Below are positions 10,816-19,864 of a stretch of 64,000 nucleotides of DNA, one piece after another (position 1 is the first letter of the stretch; each line of letters begins with the position of its first letter). The notes below the pieces were generated by a model that was not told the DNA's origin, did no database searches, and saw only the letters and a list, made by a program, of their open reading frames with translations. The translations under genes were made by a program, and so were the position numbers. This DNA comes from Microcoleus vaginatus WJT46-NPBG5 (GTDB taxonomy: Bacteria > Cyanobacteriota > Cyanobacteriia > Cyanobacteriales > Oscillatoriaceae): assembly GCA_019359355.1 (NCBI GenBank), contig JAHHHM010000015.1, positions 45,147-109,146 of the forward strand, read 5' to 3'.

Positions 10816-11565
10816 ATGTCTAAAAAGCGCGATTTGCCGTTTCAGGGCGGTAGAGAGATTCCGCCAGAACGTCCCTTTGATTTCAGCCAGACATCAGACA
10901 ACTGGCAATCTCAATTGTCTCAAGTGGCTTTGCGCTTTAACCGGCAGTATCGAAAAGAACCTTTCGATCTGCCGGCAGAAGTTGAAGCGATGCCAATTTT
11001 TCACGAGTGGGCTGCCGGTACTTTACAAACGAAAATTGTTTCTCCTTTCTGGGAAATTGCCCAACCCCAAAAGAATCAGCGCTGCTTGGATGTTGGCTGT
11101 GGTGTTAGCTTTTTAGTCTATCCGTGGCGCGATTGGGAAGCCTATTTTTACGGCCAGGAAATCAGCACTGTAGCGCGGGAGGCTTTAAATGCCCGTGGCC
11201 CCCAACTTAATTCAAAATTGTTTAAAGGGGTAGAACAAGGGCCGGCTCACCAGTTAAAATACGAGCCGGCTCAGTTTGATTTGGCAATTGCGACAGGTTT
11301 TAGCTGTTATTTTTCTCTCGAATATTGGGAGGCGGTGATGGCTGAGGTTAAGCGGGTGCTTAAACCGGGTGGTTTGTTTGTTTTTGATGTGCTCGACCCT
11401 GAGGCACCTTTATCGGAAAATTGGGCGATTTTAGAAACTTATCTGGGGGCTGAAGTGTTTCTCGAACCTGTTGCGGATTGGGAAAAAACAATAAAAGCTG
11501 CCGGTGCTCAGATCGTTAAGCGGCAACCGGGTGAGTTATTTCAATTGTATAAAACTCGATTTTAA
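10816..11565 (+). CDS. Class I SAM-dependent methyltransferase
   Basis: Motif I LDVGCGVSF and post-II VLKPGGLFVFDV are typical Rossmann methyltransferase signatures. Confidence 0.75.
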   Translation: MSKKRDLPFQGGREIPPERPFDFSQTSDNWQSQLSQVALRFNRQYRKEPFDLPAEVEAMPIFHEWAAGTLQTKIVSPFWEIAQPQKNQRCLDVGCGVSFLVYPWRDWEAYFYGQEISTVAREALNARGPQLNSKLFKGVEQGPAHQLKYEPAQFDLAIATGFSCYFSLEYWEAVMAEVKRVLKPGGLFVFDVLDPEAPLSENWAILETYLGAEVFLEPVADWEKTIKAAGAQIVKRQPGELFQLYKTRF

Positions 11566-11689
11566 GAAGTTCTCTGTTCTGCTTCTGTGCCGGCGGTTCT
11601 TGGCACGCTTCTGCTGCTAAGGATTTTCTAAAGGTTAAGATTTTTCTAACCCTAGATGATAGGGCCGCCTCCAGAATGCATACACAAAT

Positions 11690-11756
11690 GTAGGCGATAG
11701 TCTGCCGTTAGGTATAAGCAGATGTTGGTGATAGTCTGGCGTTAGGTATAGGCAGA
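11690..11756. repeat. Two tandem imperfect 33-nt direct repeats upstream of the cobK-like gene
   Basis: gtaggcgatagtctgccgttaggtataagcagat / gttggtgatagtctggcgttaggtataggcagat, ending 12 nt before the ATG at 11769. Confidence 0.6.
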
Positions 11757-11768
11757 TGAATCTAATGG

Positions 11769-12623
11769 TTGATAATGGGTTGTGCAAAAAGTTTGCTGAC
11801 TAGCTCTAATAAGGGTCGCATCTGGCTGATTGGAGGGACTCAGGAAAGTGCGACGCTGGCTAAAATTATTGCTCAGGAGCAATGGCCCTGTACAATTTCT
11901 GTAACGACGGAAGCAGCGATGGCTTTGTACCCACCGGCACCTCTGTTGCGTGTGCGGGTTGGCAAGTTGGACGCATTTCAGTTAGCGCAGTTTTTGCAGA
12001 GTGAGTCAATTTGTGCGATTTTAGATGCTTCCCATCCCTACGCGGTTGAGGTTTCTAAACTTGCGATTGCGACTGCTTGCCAATATCAAATTCCTTATCT
12101 GCGTTATGAACGCCCAAGGTTAGATTTAATCCCGCACGCCGATTATCCAAATTTTCCCGATCTTGGCTTAGAAAATTCTCAAATCTTCACCTGCTTAGAC
12201 AGTTTCGACACGCTGTTAAGAAGTGAAATTTTAACAGGACAGCGAGTGTTGCTAACTGTCGGATACCGGACTCTAGTTTTATTTCAACCTTGGCAGGATA
12301 AATGCACCCTATTTGCCCGGATTTTGCCTTCTGTGCCGGCCCTAGAGGCAGCTTTGGCGGCTGGTTTTACTCCTGATCGTTTGATTGCGCTGCGTCCGCC
12401 GGTTTCATTGGATTTGGAGAGATCCCTATGGCAGCAGTGGCAAATTTCTCTGGTGGTGACAAAGGCGTCTGGGGTTGCCGGTGGTGAGGATGTGAAGCGG
12501 ATCGTTGCCAGTGAGTTGGGTGTGCCGGTGGTGGTGATAGATAGGCCGGCTATTGAGTATCCGCAACAAACGAGTGATGTTGCAACAGCTATGGAATTTT
12601 GCCGGCAGCATCTTACTCTTTAA
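11769..12623 (+). CDS. cobK: Precorrin-6A / cobalt-precorrin-6A reductase-like protein (CobK/CbiJ family)
   Basis: 284 aa with IWLIGGTQESATLAKII near the N-terminus, resembling the CobK/CbiJ nucleotide-binding start; overall assignment by resemblance only. Confidence 0.45.
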   Translation: MIMGCAKSLLTSSNKGRIWLIGGTQESATLAKIIAQEQWPCTISVTTEAAMALYPPAPLLRVRVGKLDAFQLAQFLQSESICAILDASHPYAVEVSKLAIATACQYQIPYLRYERPRLDLIPHADYPNFPDLGLENSQIFTCLDSFDTLLRSEILTGQRVLLTVGYRTLVLFQPWQDKCTLFARILPSVPALEAALAAGFTPDRLIALRPPVSLDLERSLWQQWQISLVVTKASGVAGGEDVKRIVASELGVPVVVIDRPAIEYPQQTSDVATAMEFCRQHLTL

Positions 12624-12893
12624 CAGTCAGGGTAAACGCATCAAAATAATAGCTCAGATTATGCCTCCTCAGATGCAAGGAAAGGGGCAAGAATTTGTAG
12701 CATGAACTGGTCATCGAGTCCGGCTCTATAGCGTTTCATCGCTAAACTGCCCTTTGAGGGTTCCTGACGCAATAAGTTGAGGGCAAAACGACGCAGCAAG
12801 CTTAAGTTACGGGGTGCAGGGTCTTTGCGAACGCGAAAAGCATCTTCGTTGAAGACGACATCAAGGCACCAATGTAGATTGTCCTTGGCCAGA
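12621..12893 (-). mobile_element. C-terminal remnant (about 75 aa) of an ISAs1-family DDE transposase
   Basis: Minus-strand frame reads WVSLAKDNLHWCLDVVFNEDAFRVRKDPAPRNLSLLRRFALNLLRQEPSKGSLAMKRYRAGLDDQFMLQIL, matching the conserved ISAs1 tail (HW.LDV.F.ED.SR.R...AP.N...LRR.ALNLL...KR..A..D..FLL.IL). An in-frame TGA lies just upstream and the rest of the transposase is absent. Confidence 0.7.
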
Positions 12894-12914
12894 CTGACCC
12901 ATCATTGCCCAACC

Positions 12915-13022
12915 TTATCCTTGTGCCACAATCTCAATATCGAGTAGCGCAAGTGCCTGCACATAGAAGGCTTTACTCTGCTCAAAATCATTGATGGCAA
13001 AACCGATGTGGTCAAGGATCAT
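12915..13022 (-). pseudogene. Truncated N-terminus (35 aa) of a VOC/glyoxalase-family gene
   Basis: MILDHIGFAINDFEQSKAFYVQALALLDIEIVAQG* is a typical glyoxalase/bleomycin-resistance fold start; stop 20 nt before the IS remnant. Confidence 0.5.
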
Positions 13023-13529
13023 TACAACCTCCAAGCAAAACTAACGCTGTAGAAGTTGGAAGACAATGTTTCGTCCTAACTTCTGCTCATAGGCTAACTT
13101 GCCCCAAAGTTGCGCCAATGATTCGAGTAAACCAGAGTTGGCTAGTGAACCTGCATCGACTGATTCAACCCTACCAGCTTCTGCCCCTTTTCAATCACGA
13201 TTTGTCAACCCCTTAAACGGTTACCTTCTCAGACACTCTCTAACCTTTTTATACTACCGCAGGGGGAAGACGAACTATTAAAGACCAATGTACAATAACC
13301 AAGGGACTAAGAAAATACGAAATCGTAAGGTGTAATAAGCAAATTCCTGGAAACTACTTTGAATTTACTAATTAATAATCCTCCTCATCTGGCTAAACTA
13401 ATCTTTACAGAATCTTTTCTGATCTTTATAAGCGTAAGCAACAGCCAAATATTTAAGCGATTAAACATACTAGCGTGTGTTTAATTTTTTGTTGTTTTCT
13501 TATACTGGTGAGGTCTTAAAAGGTCGTTC

Positions 13530-14768
13530 ATGACTGTATTCTTGCTGACCTTGACAGGTTTCTATTTATATATTGCTTGGCTTCAGTTGGTTTATCTAGA
13601 CTTTCAGAAGCAACGAGACAAGATTGAGTGGCGAGTTCATGTGAATGGAATTAGAGGAAAATCCACTGTTACTAGGTATGTTACTGCGGTGTTTCGAGAG
13701 ACTGGATACCACACCTTTGGTAAAACCACAGGTAGTGCTGCTCGCATTTTGCGTCCTGACGGACAAGACTATGATTTTGGGCGCAAAGGATATCCAAACG
13801 TAAACGAACAGGTCAAAATGGTTAAGGACTTTAGCCGCCAGAAAGCAGAAGCAGCAGTACTGGAGTGTATGGCAGTGAATCCAGTCTATGCAAAGTGGTT
13901 GGAAGAAAAAGTGATGCGATCGCACATTGGCATTATTACTAATGTGCGTTATGACCATCCAGAATATATGGGAGAAACTCTAGAAGAAATTGCTGAATCA
14001 TTATCCAATACCATTCCTGAAAACGGCATTCTAATTACAGCAGAAACGGAACCTCGTCTGCTCAAGATTTTAAAGAAGAACGCTAAGCGCAAAAACTCCC
14101 TGTTGCTTGTTGCGGATGGACAAACAATAGATGTGAGTGATTTGGCAGGGTTTTCTCACTTTGCGATTGAAGAGAACATTGCCATTGGTTATGAAATTGC
14201 TAGGTTGCTAAAAATACCCAAAAATAGAGCCTTAAAAGCTATGCAGAATGCTGTCGCCGATCCGGGTGCTTTCAGCGTTCAATTTATCAAGTTTCAACAC
14301 TATCAAATTGCATGGGCAAATCTCTTTGCCGTGAATGATCGTGAGAGTTTCGTTCAACTCAGTCAAAAGCTATTTAAGCAATATCCAGAACATCAAAAAG
14401 TTGTCATCCTCAACAATAGACATGACCGCCCTGCTAGAGTAGAACTTTTTGCAAACTTAGCTCATGATTTAGAGTTTAATTGGGTTGTCACTCTTGGAGA
14501 TTACGAAGAAGAAGTTAACAGAGTATTTGATCGGGATAAGACGCGAGTTATTAATTTAGGACACTCCTCGAAATTTAAAGGTGCTTCAGCCACACAGCTT
14601 TTAACTCAAATTACTTCAAAAGCAAATTCAGAAAAAATCCTTTTGATTGGAACCGTTAACATCCATACCGATCAAGCTGAACTACTTCTACATTTCTTTG
14701 AAGAACAGCTTAATCTTGAGACAGCAGCTAGCACTGAGCCGGTTGAAGTAGAAAAAGTTGATGTTTGA
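13530..14768 (+). CDS. pgsB: Poly-gamma-glutamate synthetase catalytic subunit (PgsB/CapB, Mur-ligase-like amide ligase)
   Basis: N-terminal TM helix, then VNGIRGKSTVTRYV, GKTTGSAARI, NVNEQ, ECMAVNPVYA, IGIITNVRYDHPEYMGETLEEIAESLSNTIPENGILIT, DPGAFSV and FAVNDRES. These give block-by-block correspondence to Bacillus PgsB. Confidence 0.9.
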   Translation: MTVFLLTLTGFYLYIAWLQLVYLDFQKQRDKIEWRVHVNGIRGKSTVTRYVTAVFRETGYHTFGKTTGSAARILRPDGQDYDFGRKGYPNVNEQVKMVKDFSRQKAEAAVLECMAVNPVYAKWLEEKVMRSHIGIITNVRYDHPEYMGETLEEIAESLSNTIPENGILITAETEPRLLKILKKNAKRKNSLLLVADGQTIDVSDLAGFSHFAIEENIAIGYEIARLLKIPKNRALKAMQNAVADPGAFSVQFIKFQHYQIAWANLFAVNDRESFVQLSQKLFKQYPEHQKVVILNNRHDRPARVELFANLAHDLEFNWVVTLGDYEEEVNRVFDRDKTRVINLGHSSKFKGASATQLLTQITSKANSEKILLIGTVNIHTDQAELLLHFFEEQLNLETAASTEPVEVEKVDV

Positions 14769-15783
14769 GCTTCCGAATACACCTGAAATACATAGATTGG
14801 CACTGAATGTTGGTGCTTTTGTAGCGATAGCTTATAGAGATCGTTATGGAGTGATACCAGGAGGTGTAATTGTTCCTGGATTTATCATTGTTTTATCTTT
14901 ACTATCACCCATTTGGTGCATCACAAGCTTAGCGTTATCTTTTTTTGTTTACGTTATTTACAAACGTTTCTTACAACAAACAAGTTATAAACGTCGTACA
15001 CCGATGTATATTTTAGCGTTCCTTTCTTTAGCAATCGCTAATTCTATAGGACTGATATACATCAAGTTAGGTTGGTTATATCCTTCTTTAGACAGTCTAT
15101 CTGGAACTTTACTACCCGCTGTTATCGCTTTTACCTTAACTAAACAGAAGTTAAATAGAGTAGTCAGAGCAATAATTATTACTACTTTAATTACGTTTGT
15201 TATTCTTCTAGGAATCTACTCGATAGGTGCATCCTTATTTAATATAGATTTTGACACACTGAGAGCTTATTACCCTAGCAAAGAAATTTTGAAAATTCAT
15301 TATCATTTATTCCAATTTTATGTTGCTTTAGGTGTAAGCTATTTAATATATCGGTTCAAAGATATCCGTTCAGGTGGTTATATGGTAGCACCTGTAGCGG
15401 CAGCTCTATTCGTGAAACCAACAAGCGCCATACTTTTTTTGATTGGTTGTATTACCGTCTATTTAGTTGTCCAAACCATTTGTCAACTTACGTTGTTGAT
15501 AGGATTAAAACGCTATGTTGTGGCATTGTTCTTCAGTACTTTGTTTGTCTGGACTACAGAGTTTCTGTTTATAAATCTTGGTTTTGATATCCTGCCCTTT
15601 CAAGGGGGCAATCTTTTTGTAATTATTGCCATGATGTCGTATGTGAATGATAGTATTTTGTATGCAAACAAAAAAGTTATAAATTACATGACTTTGAATA
15701 TACTAACCGCATTAATTGCTCTTTTTGTAGCTAATACGGTATCAGCTTATTTAGTCCCCCTAGCAACTAAAATTTTGCAATAA
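14758..15783 (+). CDS. pgsC: PgsC/CapC-like membrane protein, tandem duplicated (two PgsC modules fused)
   Basis: Residues about 15-150 carry GVIPGGVIVPGFI, YKRRTP and LLPAVIAFTLTKQKL (Bacillus PgsC: GIVPAGLVVPGYL, YGRRKF, IVPGLIANTIQKQGL). The second half repeats the pattern as GGYMVAPVAAALFV, GLKRYVVALFFS, GGNLFVIIAMMSYVND. Overlaps the pgsB stop by 11 nt. Confidence 0.8.
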   Translation: MMFELPNTPEIHRLALNVGAFVAIAYRDRYGVIPGGVIVPGFIIVLSLLSPIWCITSLALSFFVYVIYKRFLQQTSYKRRTPMYILAFLSLAIANSIGLIYIKLGWLYPSLDSLSGTLLPAVIAFTLTKQKLNRVVRAIIITTLITFVILLGIYSIGASLFNIDFDTLRAYYPSKEILKIHYHLFQFYVALGVSYLIYRFKDIRSGGYMVAPVAAALFVKPTSAILFLIGCITVYLVVQTICQLTLLIGLKRYVVALFFSTLFVWTTEFLFINLGFDILPFQGGNLFVIIAMMSYVNDSILYANKKVINYMTLNILTALIALFVANTVSAYLVPLATKILQ

Positions 15784-15798
15784 AAAAGCGAGTTAACA

Positions 15799-17514
15799 AT
15801 GAACAAAAGAATTGAAGAAAAGAGGCAACATGAGCGTACTAATGAACCTGCTTTGGTACTCATTGAAGAACGCCAGTATAAGGTTGAAAACTGGAGTACA
15901 AATGGGTTCAAGATCGTTGGTTTCGATCAAGATGTGAAGACTGGTGATTGCTTGCCAATCCAGTTACAACTTAATCTGAACAAAGGTGGTAAGGAATTCA
16001 CTAATATTCAAATCACTACTCTAATTGAGGTGATTTGGTTATCTGCTCGCAAAGACAAATTTGGAGCGCACTTTCTCAATCTCACAAAGCTGGAAAAAGA
16101 TTTACTACAGGATACGATTGACCAGATACACAAAGGAAAAATCACGCTTCTAAATCAGCCTAATCAGCTTCCTGAACCTAGCTTTAGTAACTCTCAACGT
16201 TCTCAAGATTCTAATTCTTCATGGCAACCTTTGCGATCCAAGCGCGTACTCTACATCGGCATCTATGTAGTGATTGGGGGTGTTTTGGGATATTTTAGCT
16301 TACAAGCAGTTTATGATTCATTAACAAACTTGCAGATAAAATCAGCAGTTGTCGCTAAACCTACTGGGCCTGTAGTTTCTCCAGTTGAATCTGTAATTGT
16401 TAAAGAACAGGGAATTTTAGATGAGTTTTACGTTTATGAGGGTATGAATGTAAAGCCCGGACAGCCCTTATTCAGCATCAAAAATGATGAGTTAGCGGAA
16501 AGAGATATAGATGCTCTAACTCGGGAAATTCATTCGAGTCGGGTAGAGTTAGCTGAAGCTCAGGCTAATCTAAGAAAAGCTGAATTACTCAACCAACAAG
16601 AGATTGAAAAGCAGAAATCTTATCAAAAAATTAGTCAAACTGAACTTGATTCTGCTCGTGCAGAAGTTGCAGCCCAAACCGAACAACATCAAATAGCAAA
16701 AAAAGATTTAGAAAGATTTGCCAGCCTCGTTCAAGAAGGAGCCGTGAGCCAACAAGCATTTGAATCTACTCAATCTAGATTTGCTGATGTAGAAGCTAAG
16801 CTCAGAAAAGCCCAGTCTCAATATACAGTTGCTCAAATTTCAGTTGAATCTGCACAAAAGGGAAACTTTTACGATGGCGAGAACCTAATTAGTGACTTAC
16901 CCCGCTTTACAGTTGAAGTTGAAAAACAACGTCAACTTGTGCAGATAGCATCAGAAAAAGTTCGTGCTTCAGAACAATTGCTAAATCAACGAGTGCAAGA
17001 ACTGCAAATCTCTGAACCTCAACGCCAATATCTGCTACAGCCTTCGCAAGATAAAACCTTATTTTCTCGTAATTCTTTCTCTGTAGTGTATAAAGCTCCA
17101 ATTCCAGGGTCAGTCGTGAGAGTAACTAAGGCATCGGGTAATCCAGTGAGACCCCGCGAAACAGTCATGGTATTGCAACGAGAACAAGTATCGCCCACTA
17201 TTGATGCTTATTTAACCAAAGATCAAGCCGATCAAATTAGCATTGGCAAACCTGCTACAGTTCTCATTCCTACTATCAATGAAGAGTATCAAGCTCATAT
17301 TACTAAGATTGACCCAGCCATTTCAGCACCCAATTTAATGGGAATCACGCAAACCGAAGATTCAAATAGTAAGCCGGTCTATGTACAATTAACCCTTAAT
17401 AACCTATCCCCCGAAAACAATAATCAACTGATTGCAGCTCGCGGAATGCCTGTAATTCTCAGCATTCCTAAACAGACAAATTTATTTAATCGATTAGCCT
17501 TTTGGCTCAAGTAG
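15799..17514 (+). CDS. Alg44-like c-di-GMP receptor: N-terminal PilZ domain, one TM helix, periplasmic membrane-fusion (HlyD-like) domain
   Basis: PilZ motifs RQHER (aa 9-13) and NWSTNG (aa 31-36) fit RxxxR / (D/N)xSxxG. TM helix VLYIGIYVVIGGVLGYFSL near aa 150. Long coiled-coil stretch then a C-terminal beta-barrel-like region typical of HlyD/MFP proteins. Sits between pgsC and pgsA, 16 nt after pgsC. Confidence 0.75.
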   Translation: MNKRIEEKRQHERTNEPALVLIEERQYKVENWSTNGFKIVGFDQDVKTGDCLPIQLQLNLNKGGKEFTNIQITTLIEVIWLSARKDKFGAHFLNLTKLEKDLLQDTIDQIHKGKITLLNQPNQLPEPSFSNSQRSQDSNSSWQPLRSKRVLYIGIYVVIGGVLGYFSLQAVYDSLTNLQIKSAVVAKPTGPVVSPVESVIVKEQGILDEFYVYEGMNVKPGQPLFSIKNDELAERDIDALTREIHSSRVELAEAQANLRKAELLNQQEIEKQKSYQKISQTELDSARAEVAAQTEQHQIAKKDLERFASLVQEGAVSQQAFESTQSRFADVEAKLRKAQSQYTVAQISVESAQKGNFYDGENLISDLPRFTVEVEKQRQLVQIASEKVRASEQLLNQRVQELQISEPQRQYLLQPSQDKTLFSRNSFSVVYKAPIPGSVVRVTKASGNPVRPRETVMVLQREQVSPTIDAYLTKDQADQISIGKPATVLIPTINEEYQAHITKIDPAISAPNLMGITQTEDSNSKPVYVQLTLNNLSPENNNQLIAARGMPVILSIPKQTNLFNRLAFWLK

Positions 17515-19631
17515 TTCGCCCACTTTTTAGTATGCGTCAACTCTGTATTGCAACATTATCCATTGCACTCTTGTGTTCTGGATGTAAATTAACTTCAACT
17601 GTCTCATCACAGCCGAAAGAGGTAATTAAGGGTCGTGTTGTTAGCCTGGATGGAAAGCCTGTCATTGGAGCATTAGTCACAATATCATCTGGGCAAACCA
17701 AGACTGACTCAAATGGTTGGTTCCAGCTTGCAGTCGCCCAAGCCGATCCGCAATGGGTCACAGTTAAACATACTAGCTTTATTTCACGCACGAGAGCAGC
17801 AGACCCTAGTGCAACCGTGCTTATACGCTTAACGCCTAATGATGGTCAAACCATTGCCCTGCATTTTACCGGCGATGTCATGTTGGGACGCCGCTTCTAC
17901 GATCCCAATGAAGATGGCAACACCCGTGATGGTCTACTACAGCCCAACAGCGGAATTGATGAACACAAGGCACTATTTCAATATGTTCAGCCCCTCTTGG
18001 AGAATGCAGACCTCACTATCAGTAATCTGGAATCTCCCCTGACTAGCCAGCCTTATCTTAACCCTAAGCTTCGCCGCCCTCCACAATTCCATCAGACTAA
18101 AGAGTATGCCTTTGCCAGTGCCCCTATGGCTGCTCAAGCTCTACGTCATGTTGGTATTGATGTGATTGGTCTTGCTAATAACCATCTCTATGATGTGCTA
18201 GAGCAGGGAATTCAGGATACACAAGAGGCTCTTAACCAAGCAGGTTTCCAATCGGGGGTAGGGTACTTTGGTGCCGGTTCAACTGAGCAGCAAGCTTGGA
18301 CACCGGCAGTGGTTAACATACGTGGGCAAGCGGTCGCATTTCTTGGCTGTACTACCATTTCTGGTGCAGAACACCCAGAGACTTATGTTGTGTTAGATGC
18401 TCAGCGCAAAGGGGGAGCGGCAAGTTGCGATGAGAATCAAATTCGCAATTCAATTAGGTCAGCGCAAGCAAGGTATAAAACTGTAGTCTTCATGATTCAC
18501 GGCGGCAACGAGTACCAGCACACACCAAGTGAGAATTTACGCCGGCTGACAATTGCAGCTCGTGAGGCTGGCGCGACATTGGTCATCAATCATCACCCTC
18601 ATGTAGTGGGTGGCTTCAATTGGGATGGTTCATCGCTTGTGGCCTGGACGTTAGGCAACTTTCTTTTTGATCAAACTGTATGGCCGACGTTTGAGTCTTA
18701 CTTATTAGCGGTTCATCTACGAAATGGCAAAGTCGTGCAAGCCTACACTGAACCGCTGATGATAGATGGTTACTTACCGAAAGGCGTCACGGGCGAGCTC
18801 GCTGATTTTGTGGCTAGAGGTGCGGCAGGACGCGATCGCGGCCCCTTCTTAGTTGAAGATGGCGCAATGGAAATTGACGTGAATGATCGTAGAGTCCATC
18901 GCGATGTCACGCTGCCAATTAAAGCTAGTAAAGATAGTATTTTCCGGATGGATCAGGGATGGTGGGTAACCAACTTTTCTGGAACAGGTAGTTTGAGGTT
19001 AGGCCGGGATCTTTTGTGGGTCGGCGGGTTTGAAGATGAGATTGCAGATGAACAACACCAAGGCAAAGCACTTTGGGCATTTACAGGCGTTGACAAATTA
19101 GAAGGCGCTAAATATGCCTATGAAGGTAAAGGAGGAGTACGTCTTCAGCGAAAGGGATTTAATGAATCTGATGTTATTTTGTCGCCTATCCATCGAATTC
19201 TAGTTGAACCCGGTTCAGAACTATCGATAGTCGGAATGATGCGCTCTCGTAAGGATGTACAGTCTAGCTTACAAATCAGCTGGTACTCCCAGACCAGGGG
19301 AAAATCCCAGGCAAAGCAGATGAAACCGCTAATCGTCACACAAGACAATACATGGACACCTTTTCGTCTTAATGTGACGGTACCACGCAACACAGTTGCA
19401 CTTGGACTCTATTTGAGGCTGCAAGCTCCCAAGCAAGGCGAGGCAACAGCAGACTTCGATAATATTCGTATTATTAGGTGGCAGCCTCTAGGTACACCCT
19501 TCAGTCCGCTTTATAACTATGCCAAAGTAACTGGAACAGGAGAATTAACTTTACGCAAAGAGTTCTTACCAGGATCTGAGACATTGGTCAATCTCGACAA
19601 TCCGTCTCCATTAGATTTGTTACACCAGTAA
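17502..19631 (+). CDS. pgsA: PgsA/CapA-family metallophosphatase (PGA synthesis/anchoring subunit) with extra N- and C-terminal domains
   Basis: HFTGDVMLGRRFY, LFQYVQPLLENADLTISNLESP, GLANNHLYDVL, HGGNEYQHTP, INHHPHVVGGFNWDGSSLVAWTLGNFLFDQ mirror Bacillus PgsA. Preceded by a signal peptide ending LLCSGC and a carboxypeptidase-regulatory-like beta-sandwich; followed by a roughly 270 aa unassigned extension. Start overlaps the upstream gene by 13 nt; true start may be MRQLCIA at 17532. Confidence 0.85.
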   Translation: MAQVVRPLFSMRQLCIATLSIALLCSGCKLTSTVSSQPKEVIKGRVVSLDGKPVIGALVTISSGQTKTDSNGWFQLAVAQADPQWVTVKHTSFISRTRAADPSATVLIRLTPNDGQTIALHFTGDVMLGRRFYDPNEDGNTRDGLLQPNSGIDEHKALFQYVQPLLENADLTISNLESPLTSQPYLNPKLRRPPQFHQTKEYAFASAPMAAQALRHVGIDVIGLANNHLYDVLEQGIQDTQEALNQAGFQSGVGYFGAGSTEQQAWTPAVVNIRGQAVAFLGCTTISGAEHPETYVVLDAQRKGGAASCDENQIRNSIRSAQARYKTVVFMIHGGNEYQHTPSENLRRLTIAAREAGATLVINHHPHVVGGFNWDGSSLVAWTLGNFLFDQTVWPTFESYLLAVHLRNGKVVQAYTEPLMIDGYLPKGVTGELADFVARGAAGRDRGPFLVEDGAMEIDVNDRRVHRDVTLPIKASKDSIFRMDQGWWVTNFSGTGSLRLGRDLLWVGGFEDEIADEQHQGKALWAFTGVDKLEGAKYAYEGKGGVRLQRKGFNESDVILSPIHRILVEPGSELSIVGMMRSRKDVQSSLQISWYSQTRGKSQAKQMKPLIVTQDNTWTPFRLNVTVPRNTVALGLYLRLQAPKQGEATADFDNIRIIRWQPLGTPFSPLYNYAKVTGTGELTLRKEFLPGSETLVNLDNPSPLDLLHQ

Positions 19632-19864
19632 GGGAGGGTTAAAAAAACTTCCTACCAGCTCAAAGCGAGATTTGAAAAAGATGAATTTGGATTTTCACAT
19701 GCTCTAGAAGAGCTATAGCGATACTTTTTAGAATTTGAACGGGGTGTAGGGAGAATCCCATGCGTAGGGCAAAGCTATGCCCCCTTTTCACAACTTATCT
19801 CTGATCGCCATAAATCGTGAAAGCTATCTCTCACCTGGAGCTTATGTTATGAGGTTACAACAAT

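Noticed and set aside
13099-13281. 60-aa ORF at the left island boundary
   Set aside because: No motifs; lies in the junction and promoter region upstream of pgsB.
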